A DNA stretch of 64,000 nucleotides from assembly GCF_006345805.1 (NCBI RefSeq), contig NC_042998.1:72912001-72976000 (forward strand), in the 5' to 3' direction. This DNA comes from Octopus sinensis. Taxonomy: Eukaryota. Below are positions 14,790 to 25,719 of this stretch, in pieces. The translations under genes were made by a program, and so were the position numbers. The notes under the pieces are model-generated. The model ran no database searches. It worked only from the letters and a program-made list of their open reading frames with translations, and was not told the DNA's origin. The first letter of the stretch is position 1; every line of letters begins with the position of its first letter.

Positions 14790-15404
14790 CATTATAGTAA
14801 CATTACCAATAATATAAGAAATCATGGTAGGACTTTAAACCTAAATGATGAAGCTGAAGGATCAATAAATAATAGCAATACTTTAGATATCAGCACCAAC
14901 TATAGAAATGATAATCAAAATAATAGGAACCTAAGACATCTACCCAAGAATAATCCAAAGCCTGAAGTTGCTCCTCCTGTGTGTAAGTGTAGAATAAAAT
15001 CAAAATGCCCGGCACCTGGTCTATGTGGGGAAAATAATGTAATCTATAAATGTACCATATCCACGGAGAATAACAAATATCTTTACGTTGGATGTACAAT
15101 TAATTTTCTAGCCAGAGTTAGAAATCACATCTCGTCTTTTAACTTACGTCATAAAGCTGGTACCACCACACTTTCAAACAAAATCTGGGAACTCAAAAAT
15201 AATAATAAAAATTATAACCTTAATTGGGAAATAGTTAGGAGAGCAATTCCGTATAAAAATAGTAGGGTTGGTTGCCAATTATGCTCCATGGAGACGTATG
15301 AAATTCTAAAGCATAGAAAACATAGAAACTTATTGAATAATCATATCGAACTAGGTCAAGTTTGTGTCCACGCTAAATTGAAGACTTTAAAATATTTTAA
15401 ATGA
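14790..15404 (+). CDS. PLE ORF 3' part: linker, CxC-x5-C-x5-C motif and GIY-YIG endonuclease (Hydra-clade-like), 5'-truncated
   Basis: Uninterrupted frame: CKCRIKSKCPAPGLC, VIYKC..YVG, RNHISSF, KIWELK, CQLC, LLN, CVH; frame stays open upstream to the inversion junction. Confidence 0.9.
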   Translation, partial: HYSNITNNIRNHGRTLNLNDEAEGSINNSNTLDISTNYRNDNQNNRNLRHLPKNNPKPEVAPPVCKCRIKSKCPAPGLCGENNVIYKCTISTENNKYLYVGCTINFLARVRNHISSFNLRHKAGTTTLSNKIWELKNNNKNYNLNWEIVRRAIPYKNSRVGCQLCSMETYEILKHRKHRNLLNNHIELGQVCVHAKLKTLKYFK

Positions 15405-16861
15405 TTAGAATATCCGTAACTAGATAGATAGATACAACTTGATTTCTACTAGTATAGCACTGCTTTAAGTAGATAACTAAGAGTTCTCACACTACAGTTA
15501 TCTTTTTCCTTATATCTGCATCAGTTTTTTGAGAACAGGGAAATGAATAGTACTTATACGCTGCCTAATTGAGGCTTTATCTAATTTCAAACTCATAATC
15601 TTTTAAATTCTTAATTTTAAATCTTAATTGTAATTTTTAATTTTAATTCCTAACTTAATCTAATTTAAGTAGCATAACTCTAATAAAATAAAATGAGATA
15701 CTATAGCCCCATACTTCTATTTCAAAATTAAATAAATAAGGCTACTCCCTCGGTGATAATATGATTATCTTCATTATGATAGGCAATCCCCTAACACCTT
15801 CTAAATGATCTTCTAAGATTTGACCTGTAGTCCGTCAATGTATGAATAATAACGGCAACTCCTTAAGACAATAAAATGAATAAATTAAATAAGTAAGTTT
15901 TTTGACTTTTTGATAAGATTATACTTAGATTTTCCTAATGTATTTTCTTTTGATTTTAGCATCTGACCCCTAAACCCCTGACTGTGTTATCTCTTTAGAT
16001 TCTCTTTAAATTCATAGCTGATTTCAACAGCAATAAATTAACTGTTTTACTGGCCAAAGAATAATATTCTCCTCTAGTTCCTAGATGCCTGTAAATTAAA
16101 ACCAGACTTGCCGTCTACTAATTCTTCTGGATAACTAGAACCCTATTTTTTATTTTAATTTTTTTTCCCTTCTTTCCCTATTTCTTTCTCTTTTCTCTTT
16201 TTTCTGTTTCTTCTTCTTATTCTCTTTTTCCTTTTCTCTTCTCTTTTAGTCCCCTTCCCCTTTTTTTGCTCCCTCCTCCCTTATTTTCTCTCTTTTCTTC
16301 TATTCCCCTCCCTTTCTATTCTTGGCCTCTCTAGAAAGCCCTTCAGCCTTTATAAGTTAAATAGCTACAGCCTCTTGTAAATAGCAGTAATGTGATTAAT
16401 GTGGCAAATACCTAATCATATAACAAGAATTGATACCTACCTCATTGTGTTCAACCTTTGATAAATTTATCGCCTGTGAATATGAAATTCCTCTTCATTT
16501 CTCTGGAAACTTACATCTACACCATTGGAAATTGTGCATCTATACAAAGGATTAATTCACCCTCTCTGTAATGCTAATAAGCAGGAATCGAGACCCACCT
16601 CGTTGTGATTAACAATGGATAAATTTGTCTTCTGTGAGTATGTAATCCCTCATCATATCTCTGGAAATTCATATGTGCTCTATGGATTAGGTCACCTTCT
16701 CTGTGATGCTATTATAACTTTTTTAAAATTCTGTGATAAGACTGTACATCATCTTTAAAGAACTTTAATGAACTTTGGAAATCTGTGTATGTTACTTAAT
16801 TATCTACATTACTTCATGAGTATAGCCTCAACCACTAGGATGTCTAGAGAACTCACATGTA

Positions 16862-16952
16862 TTTTAGCTGATGAGTACGGGACACGTTTATATGCTGTAA
16901 TTTTTACAACTTTTAATAAAACCTGTCCTTGTATGAAACGATTGTACTAAAA
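16862..16952 (+). ncRNA. Type I hammerhead ribozyme in PLE pLTR
   Basis: Stem I UUUUAG/CUAAAA, core CUGAUGA (16868-74), stem II GUACG.GGAC/GUCCUUGUAU around an inserted loop, GAAA (16935-38), minimal stem III AC-GAUU-GU, cleavage triplet GUA (after 16946). Confidence 0.85.
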
Positions 16953-17111
16953 ACCTATCCATTCTTGTTGCTTCTTTCTCGCTTATAATCACCCCACATT
17001 ACTGTATTGTTAAAACAGTATAGTTTTTTTTTGGTGCATCTAAGTTAGGTACCATATTCAAGTAAATTCATTTAAATTAACTTGAATCTTTATTGCTTTT
17101 TGTATATATAT

Positions 17112-17186
<75 letters not shown>

Positions 17187-17261
17187 TCATACATATAAAT
17201 ACCTATTATGCGTATATTTACACATACATGCATATGTATATATAGGTATATGTATATGAAT

Positions 17262-18558
17262 ATGGACCATAAGCCTAACGAGAAACATGGCTGTATACAT
17301 AAAAAGTATTGTCACCCTCCTGTAATATTCAAAAACTCGTTAGCTATTATCAGTAACAGAATTTCTAACCTCTCTTCTTCCAAAGAAATTTTCGAGAAGG
17401 CAGCCCACAACTACAACAGCGCCTTAGTCATTAGTGGCTTTAAAGATAAATTAATATATAACCATTCTCATATTAATCAGAATAATAATTATAATAGGCC
17501 TAAAAATAGAATTACGAAAATTATTTGTTTGCCCCTACCCATTTCTTTTAACGTAAAATGTAATAGAGGTAAAAGTGTCCTGTCTTTCGTAGATAAAAAG
17601 TGTCCAGAAAATCACGGATACAGGAAGATATCTAACAGGCGATCTATGAAATTATCATATAACTGCTGCCCCAGTACGAAGAGAAATACTACGCGAGACC
17701 AGCACCAAGAGCCCACTCCCATTTGTAACTCTTGAGACCCAGAATCCTTCTCTCTCGACGAGCGATGTATGATTAAATCCGTCATATGTGAAGCAGAAGT
17801 TACTACAAAGCTAGATAATGATACAACCGGTAAGAAGGGCTATATCGGACGATGGAAAGGAGATTTTAAGAAACGCTGTGTTAATCAAATATCTTCCTTC
17901 TGACATAGGGACAAAAGCAACGCTACTGAGTTCATTAGCCACATGTGGAGTTTGAAATCGAACGCAACATCACATACGATAAAGTGGAAAATAGTCGGAA
18001 AAGCCATACTATATGATACCTGATGAAAAAATGTAAGCTATGCATAACTGAAAGATGTCAGATTCTTTTCAGATTTAAGATCTCTAACTCACTGTTGAAC
18101 ACTCAATCCGAAATTTTCAGCCTTTGTAAGCATATGCCTAAGTCCCTGTTGAAGAATTGGGAAGCACCTCTGCCACCGGATAAATAACTGTACCATAAAC
18201 TCTGAGCAACTATTTTTTAGCTTTATAATTTAGACAGTGCCTAAGGGAAATAACCCTTTTTCCTCTTTTGCTTATTTCTGATTACTTTATCGTTTTCCGG
18301 TTTTTCAACGATCCACCTTTTATATACTTCCATTTCACCTTTTGTCGCCTCTTCTCTCTTCCTAATTTTAGTTCGTTATGCCATGTGGGCAAAGTTTGAT
18401 GATTGTGCTGGGATACCAGATGTGATACACCGCAATGTTTGGCGTGTTCTCAATACATCAAACTAAGAGTAGCACATAAAAGACATATACTGTGTTTATT
18501 AAATGATATATATCTCTCACCAGCTGGAGTACTTTTTTGTTGATCTTGCCACCAACTG

Positions 18559-18560
<2 letters not shown>
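17262..18560 (+). mobile_element. Degenerate 5'-truncated PLE (RT thumb + GIY-YIG), second Hydra-like family
   Basis: HPP..ISNRISNLSSSKEIFEKA..SALVISGF, KLSY, then VIC..GYIG, NQISSF*HRDKSNATE, W.IVGKA, CKLC, LLN..SLCKH; stop ~18187; several stops and frameshifts; ends at (TA)n. Confidence 0.85.
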
Positions 18561-18611
<51 letters not shown>

Positions 18612-18633
18612 ATATATAGTGTATATACACAAA

Positions 18634-19690
18634 CACACATGACAGAAGTAAAAAGACATCTTTATAATCGTAAAAATATATTTAAATCAGAAATTATAGA
18701 TTCAATTTCGTTTTCGGATTTGGTTTGCAAGACTCTTTACATGAGTTCGTGTGCTGAAGCATATTCTATTGTGTCTGGGGAGAGTTATTTTTCTTTTTGT
18801 ACCTTATAATTTAATACACTCACCGGTAAAATTTTCATTTATTTCTTATTTTTAAGACTATTTAAAATGTTGCAAGACGCAACGAAAATTTTAGAAAAAT
18901 AAAAATAAGAAATAAGTGGAAATTTTACCGGTGAGTGTGTTAAATTATAAGGGAGAAACGGAACATAGCTCTCCCCAGACACAACATTATAGATTCAAAT
19001 TATCTACTAATTATTATAATGTGAATATCTAATAATTAGTAGATTTACACTTTGCTTTTTTCAATGCATGCTACTGAACAGAGGATGAATATTCTTTTGG
19101 AGAATTTCTTGCGAAGTTTTATGCAGTAATCTCAAAAGATCTGGCTTTGAGCATGTTTTCTAATTCTTTTTACGCAGTGTCCTGTCCAATGTTCCCGAGA
19201 GGTGTTCAAGAATCACATATCTTCCTTCCGACATAGGGACAAAAGCAAGTTTGTGTAGATACCTGGCAGCTGTCCAGGAATTGACATCAACTTGTTCTGC
19301 GATGTCAGAAGCCTTGCGGCTAGGATTATCCTCCACACTGCACTGATCTTAACAAAGCGAAAGGTCCTGTCAGGGGGCGCTGGTCGACCTAGACGAAGTG
19401 ATGTGGACTCATTCCCCTCTCTGTCGAAATACACAGTCACTCTATCAAGTGTAGAAAGCAAGATTTCAAGGTTTTCTGCAATTTTACGATGGCGAATTCC
19501 ACGTTCAGATTGACCCACAATACGGCCTCTTTGAAATTCGGCCAGTTTTAAGCCTTCTTCTGTGCGTGGCAGGATTAAACAGTGTCATATAGAATCTGAA
19601 ACATAAAAATGTCAATTAACAAAAAAATATTTTCAACTTAAATATAAAACGATGTTGTATGGTGTGTCTATTTACTTCTGTCATGAGTAT
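18634..19690 (-). mobile_element. Internally deleted Tc1-like transposon
   Basis: TIRs ca(c/ct)catgacagaagtaaa(a/t)agaca at 18634-18660 and ~19662-19690; minus strand encodes Tc1 N-terminus (LPRTEEGLKLAEFQRGRIVG..GRP..RYLHKL) joined to a C-terminus-like tail (NIHPLFSSM..KAK.KSTNY*); DDE core absent. Confidence 0.8.
18766..18988. mobile_element. Palindromic (foldback) MITE-like element nested in the Tc1 remnant
   Basis: ttgtgtctggggagag...cactcaccggtaaaattt / aaattttaccggtgagtgtg...ctctccccagacacaa form ~100-bp arms; a half copy lies at 43993-44100. Confidence 0.8.
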
Positions 19691-21689
19691 GCTTGTGTGT
19701 GTGTGTGTGTGTGTGTACATAGGTAAACATAAATATATATTAATATGGATATATTTCTCTCTCTCTCTTTCTCTGTATATAGGTATATATATATAGAGAG
19801 AGAGAGGGGGGGGAGAAAGAGAGAGGGAAGTGAGAAATGGAGAGAGACTGAGACAGACATAGACTTATAGAGACAATGAGATGTGTTTCTGTGCTACGGG
19901 TGCTAAATGTATATTCTGTTTCCCCTAATATGTTATTATTGTGCTCGCTTAAGTGTGAACTTATTTCTAATGAATGAGCTCATATATAGAAAAGGAGAGT
20001 GAGTTATATAACCGATGCTATACAAGTTAGCTACTCGTTTCTGTCCATCATATATAAATTCGTGTAAATTTACTGGTATCCTATTCTGTTATTCTATATT
20101 GTGTTTGTGTTGTTTATGCGCGAATTTATGCTACTGATAACATGTGTTTCGGGACTTTATATTTAGGTGAACCACTCCATTCTTACAATAGTGTTTGTGA
20201 TTATGTTTCTCATATTTGAACCTGGCTTTGTTTCTCTTTTGATTAGGAGTACTCATGGCTGTTTCAGACAACTTTTTGGGCGGTGAGATTAATACCGTTA
20301 TCGTTCCGCTTAAGCTGTTGCTAGATTAAGATTTTATTTTAAAATAACTTGTGTTCATATCAGTGTCATCTCCATATGTGTTTCTATTCACAAGTATTTA
20401 AGCTGCACATACATCTGTATCGCAGAGCAATCGCTATTATTAAGTAATAAACTTCGAGAATTACACACGATAAATACATATTGAAAGACGACAGATAAAT
20501 CAATTTGTCGGGCACATAATTTTATATTTTCCATAATCATCACCGTAGTAACAGCGCTGATTTAACAGCACATAGCATTATTCTTGCTATACCAATTCAA
20601 TAATAATTATTATTGTTACTATTGTTGTTGTTGCTCTTGCTACTACTATTATCATTATTATTATTTCGATTGCGCTTTTGAAACTATACTATAGGAACAT
20701 AAATTGTCCATGCAGTCACTTTAATAAGCATCTGTATTTGTCAAGTACTTAACAGATATAATAACAGTGATTTTCTAATTGCCACAAGGGCAGCGGTTGA
20801 TGCGTATGAAATGAGATTTCACATAACGGCAGGGTTACAATGAAATAAGATTATAAAATTAAAAGTTGGAAATATGAATTACAAATGTATCTCTCTTGCT
20901 AGACTGTCGCTAGGTTCAATCAGAGAGTCCAACAAATATCCCGCAGTACACCCAGCTTCTAGAAGTCAACTAATTATGGCAGTGATTTGGAGTCGAACAC
21001 AACATGGTAGTATTGCCATGCTCTCATTATAGCTCTACCTACTCTCGGGAAGAGACATAGACACGTTTTTCGCTTTTCTAAAATTCATCCAGTAGATTAT
21101 CCATGACGTGACAGCTGGAAGGAGTGAGAGATGCACAAACACTCGACTGGCCCTTATTTCAGTTAAATAACCTGGGTAATGGGAAATGAACAACCTTGCT
21201 CACGATCATGTGGCAAAGAAGCGTGCAAGAATCGAATATCGGTCATGGTCAGGCATGGCACTTTAGCTCCAATATTAGAATGTCTGCACATTAGGCAGCC
21301 TCAAAGGAAACATGTATTTAATTAGCCAAAACTTTAATACATAGGCTGGTACATATGTATCATTATAACAAAGAAGACACTGTAAGAACAACCCCGATCT
21401 AGATAGAGGCATGTTGGAAAAAAGCAAGCCTTCCTCTCACTAGTGAATCACGTAGTCATATCAGAAGGAGATTCGTCTTAGTCTATTTCTGCCCGCGTAT
21501 ATCTTGACACATCACATTTTCTAGACATCTCGAAGTCTGCAACAAATTAGAGGTTTAACACTTTCATAGAAATAACGTTTCGTTGAAAATCTCTTTGGAA
21601 AAGAGCTTGCCTCCCCAGTTTTAAAAGAAAAGTCTTTTTTTTTATCATGGCATTAGTAATTCTTAATATATAATAATTGTATTATTATA

Positions 21690-21875
21690 AGCGCTAAACT
21701 GATAGAATCATTAGCGTGCATTTTCTATGTTCAAAATGAGTCAAGTTCTAATTTACATTTCAGCCTTTCGGGGTCGAGAAAATAAGTTGCAGTTAAGCAC
21801 AAGGATCGGTGATATCGACTGCCCCCATACCACACAATTCCAGACCTTTTGTTACTAGTAGAAAACACTATTACT
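21690..21875 (+). mobile_element. SINE family B, degenerate
   Basis: gaatcattagc head remnant and cctttcggggtcgagaaaataag core shared with other family B copies. Confidence 0.6.
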
Positions 21876-22409
21876 AGATGATGAAAAACATTCGCCTGAG
21901 TTTATGCTACATAAACTCTGCACACACTTGGCAGAGCTGCCTCACATGCATTCAGAGCAATAAAACCGAATTGCACGCACTCATGTCGCGTTCGAGGTGG
22001 TTGACATGTAGATTTAGCAAGTAGGAGGAATACGACTATCGTTCAACACGATAGGTTGAATAGCGCCACAAATCACTTTTAACAAGGGAGGGCTGACTGT
22101 ACTCCTCACTCTAGAAGCTATAGTGGAAAGGTTGTGTATGATTGAGGCTCAAAGAATTGAAGAAAGACACGTTCCACTTCAGTCAATTTCTAATCGACAT
22201 TTTTTATTTCCATTTAGAGAGAAAAGCAAGGTGGAGACGGAAATGCTTTTTCTCAGTGAATTTATCAAAAGATGGGTGACTGTGGAAAAAATATTTATAG
22301 TGAATGGAGATATTCTAAGTAGGCACCTGTAGATTGGATTACAACAATTGCGAGAGGACCTGTGACTACACGTTTAGCGTCATCCTGAAACTGTGGATGT
22401 TCTTGATTT

Positions 22410-22710
22410 AATTTTTCATTTCATCTTCATTTTCATCTAGTTTCAGCTCACGAGTTGTGGCCATGCTGGGGCACCGCCATTCGGTGTTGCTACATGATTT
22501 TACTACACGAATGCTTTTTAGCAATTGGCATTTGGTGCATGAGAGAGTTTGATGCAGCTGCCCTCATCTGCACCTCCTGCCATGAGTTGGTTCATCTGGG
22601 ACACCTGACAGGAAGAGGTCCAGCTTTATTTTAAAGACATCCACATCCACCACAAGCAGATCTCTCAGGTCCTTCGGGAGGATATTGAAGAGCTGTGAAC
22701 CTCTGAAGAT
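22410..22710 (-). mobile_element. 3' end of a CR1/L2-like LINE (ORF2 C-terminus, 3' UTR, short repeat tail)
   Basis: Minus strand FRGSQLFNILPKDLRDL..VDVFKIKLDLFLSGVPDEP, a typical ORF2 C-terminus, followed by ggcggtgccccagcatggccac...gctgaaactagatgaaaa and a (GATGAAA)-like tail. Confidence 0.75.
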
Positions 22711-24094
22711 TCAACAACGATCTTTTCAGTAGATGTAAATAAATATGAAGTGCCTGAACGTTTTGTAATTTTCTCTTAGTTTTCTACACTTGTGTATCAT
22801 ATAATGATTAGTGTTAATCCCATGATTATCAGTTTGTGGGTCCGATTCTTGGAATTTCCAGGGCACTTCATTTTGTGTTTCCCTTGCCTATTCAATTGAA
22901 AACGATTACCCGCTGATTGAGATCCATCAGTTAATTTCTCCAGATGCCATACGTATGCGGAGGTTGTTAAAACTGAAAGAGCGTCTATGTCTGCAAGTAA
23001 CTACATTGGCACTTAAAGCTATTAGTGAAATTATGGTGCAAGCTACAAAGTCGTACTCGTATACAATTAACAGCTAATGTAATTCATATTTGATATTATT
23101 CTGCGATGTTATGTTCATAATATATTATTATTTTTATTATTTTTAAATTGCCTGTTTACACTGCCTTAATACCTCCACTGTTACATCATTTATACACTAT
23201 TTCGTTTCTTAAAATTCTTTATATAGAATAGTCTGCTTTGGTAAAGAGTTTTTTTTTTGTGATTAACAATTATGATGACTGTTCACTGAACGAGTCATAT
23301 GATTTTCAGGTAGTTGAAAATACTTAATTACTTATTTCCTTTCTCGTGGCACAATATGTTACAGATTGGGGGAAAAAATTAAAAAAAGAAACAAAAACAA
23401 AAAAATACCTTGCATAAATATGACAGAAATTTAGGTGATGGCTTATTCAATTAAATCGTCTGCAGTAATGGTCTAGTAGTTTATCGCCGATGGAGAAGAA
23501 TATAAAGACGGCATTAATAGTATATCACCAGTTGAACTCTGGGGTTGAGGTAATCGATTTATTCCTTCCCCATGTGCCAAAATTTGAAAAAGCGATCGTT
23601 CTATCCCTCATCAAATATATTTTTTATAATAAAGCTAAAATACTTTCGCAAATTTAATAAAAATTCTTTGCATTGTACGTTCAAATCTTAATGGGGATGG
23701 CTTTCAAGTTTACAGTTTCAAAATTGACCACATCATGTCCACGCAAATATTGCGGTTCATTAATTCAAATACTATAAATTACAAAGTCTGTGTTAAAGTT
23801 GGAGCATCTGAAATTATGTTAAATCATTAATTCCACTTAAGTGTTGCATATGCATTAATTTTACTGAAAAATGTACTTATTCTTTTAAATCTGAGGATTT
23901 GGCAGGTACGTGGCTGCCCGACTGCAAGAAGCAGCAGTCAAATGCACTTCCACATCACATGGGTTGCACTTCTTTTGTCACAATCTGTTCAGTTACGAAT
24001 ACTTTTGAATTCATGCTAAACTGGAGCAGCACAAGTTGCACAAAGTTGCCTGTTTTTTATTTCAAAATTTTCAATATAGTTTCTACTTCTTTGA

Positions 24095-24098
<4 letters not shown>

Positions 24099-24147
<49 letters not shown>
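24099..24147. repeat. (TC)n microsatellite
   Basis: Direct inspection. Confidence 0.95.
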
Positions 24148-24150
<3 letters not shown>

Positions 24151-24289
24151 AAAGCTTTTGAATCTTTGCCTATCTCTTGTGTATGTTTTCGGCTGTCTTT
24201 CATTATTTCTTTCTCCTCCTTCTGCCACTATATATACATACATACGTCTCTCTCTCTCACTCTATGTCGCTATGTGTGTTAATGTCTAG

Positions 24290-24652
24290 TGACTGTGTCG
24301 CTATGTAGTGAACATTTATTTCCAAACTACTTGATTACGGGTCTAGTGCCAGTACTATGGCTCCAGGCCGATGAAAGTGAGTGGATTTGGTAGACAGAAA
24401 CTAAAAGAAACCCGTCGAATATATGTATATATCTGTGTGTGTTTTTGTCTGTGTTTTTCCCCCAACTTCACCATCGCTCGCCAACCAATATTGTTGTGTT
24501 TGCGTTCCCGCAACTTAGCGGTTCGGCACAGGAGACTGATAGAATAAGCAAAAGGCTTAGTTACAAAGAATAAATCCAGGGGGCGATTTTGTCGAGTAAA
24601 AGGCGGTGCTCCTGCATGGCCACAACCAAGTGTCAGAAACAAGTAAAAAAAT
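24290..24652 (+). mobile_element. SINE family A (5' partly deleted)
   Basis: gtgagtggatttggtagacagaaact, aacttagcggttcggc, ggcggtgctcctgcatggcc tail. Confidence 0.8.
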
Positions 24653-24671
24653 ATGTGTGTGTATATGCATG

Positions 24672-24702
<31 letters not shown>

Positions 24703-24707
24703 GTATA

Positions 24708-24738
<31 letters not shown>

Positions 24739-25364
24739 GTGTGTGTGTGAGTATATTATTGTTTATAATATCAGTGGCTTAGCATGCGTAAAATAACCCA
24801 TAACGGTAAAAAAATTAGCAATTAATTATTAATATATATTATATACATATATATGTAATTTGGTGCATTCAGTATAAAATTTCAAGCTATTAACACTGAC
24901 ATGAACTGGTGACGCGAGTCTATGCTGGTTTCATAGCATGCCTTGTGTCCCCAAGCAATCTTTTAAAGCACTGAGCACATGGCTTATTCAATTTACATAT
25001 CAGAACGCTGGAGCAAGAGAAATCACGAAAAAAGCAAGAAGGTAGATGCAAAAAGTAGACGGGTGAAAAAAATTATGAAAATGTAAAGAAAACAAAAAAG
25101 AAAAACATAGAGATATGTTCTCATTTCACCATAAAGCCATAAGTAAATAGGTCCCGGGCCCAGAGCGCGCAGATTGTTTGGAGACACAAACCTAAAAGCC
25201 TGCTTAGACTCGCGCCTCCCATGCTCGAAACTATTAATAGCACGTATTCTGGATACAGTGTATATTTAAATTATATTTATCTTTCACTCGATGAAGTGCA
25301 TTTTGTTGGTGTTCTTACATTTACGAGACAGTAAACTATATAAATCTTTAAATATATGTATCCA

Positions 25365-25515
25365 TGAGTGTGTTTGTGTCTTTGTATTTCTGTTTCTCCA
25401 CACATCCCCATAACTGCATCGTTTACGTCCGCGCAACCTAGCATCTTGGTATTCGGTGCTCCTGCATGGCCGTAGTCCTTAATAGGAAACAAGTAACAGA
25501 TAAAAGACAAAAGAT
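25365..25515 (+). mobile_element. SINE family A 3' fragment
   Basis: gtttacgtccgcgcaacctagc and cggtgctcctgcatggccgtagtc...gaaacaagtaa. Confidence 0.65.
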
Positions 25516-25592
25516 ATTCAAGTGTTAGCATTTGCAGATGTACCACACACACACACTTTGTTTATGCATGTATATTCATATGCATGTACTTG

Positions 25593-25643
<51 letters not shown>

Positions 25644-25648
25644 GTAGG

Positions 25649-25719
<71 letters not shown>
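25593..25719. repeat. (TAGA)n microsatellite
   Basis: Direct inspection. Confidence 0.95.

Larger units (their letters stand above)
14566..17100 (+). mobile_element. Young 5'-truncated Penelope-like element with inverted 5' pLTR copy, inserted in (TA)n
   Basis: 14566-14787 is the reverse complement of 16762-16982; open frame 14790-15404; (TA)n on both flanks (to 14565 and from ~17102); hammerhead in the terminal repeat. Confidence 0.9.

Noticed and set aside
18380-18440. Hammerhead-like remnant in the second PLE 3' region
   Set aside because: Both CUGAUGA and GAAA are mutated; not a supportable ribozyme.
22123-22400. IFIVNGD peptide resembling an RTE-type APE motif
   Set aside because: Single weak motif only.
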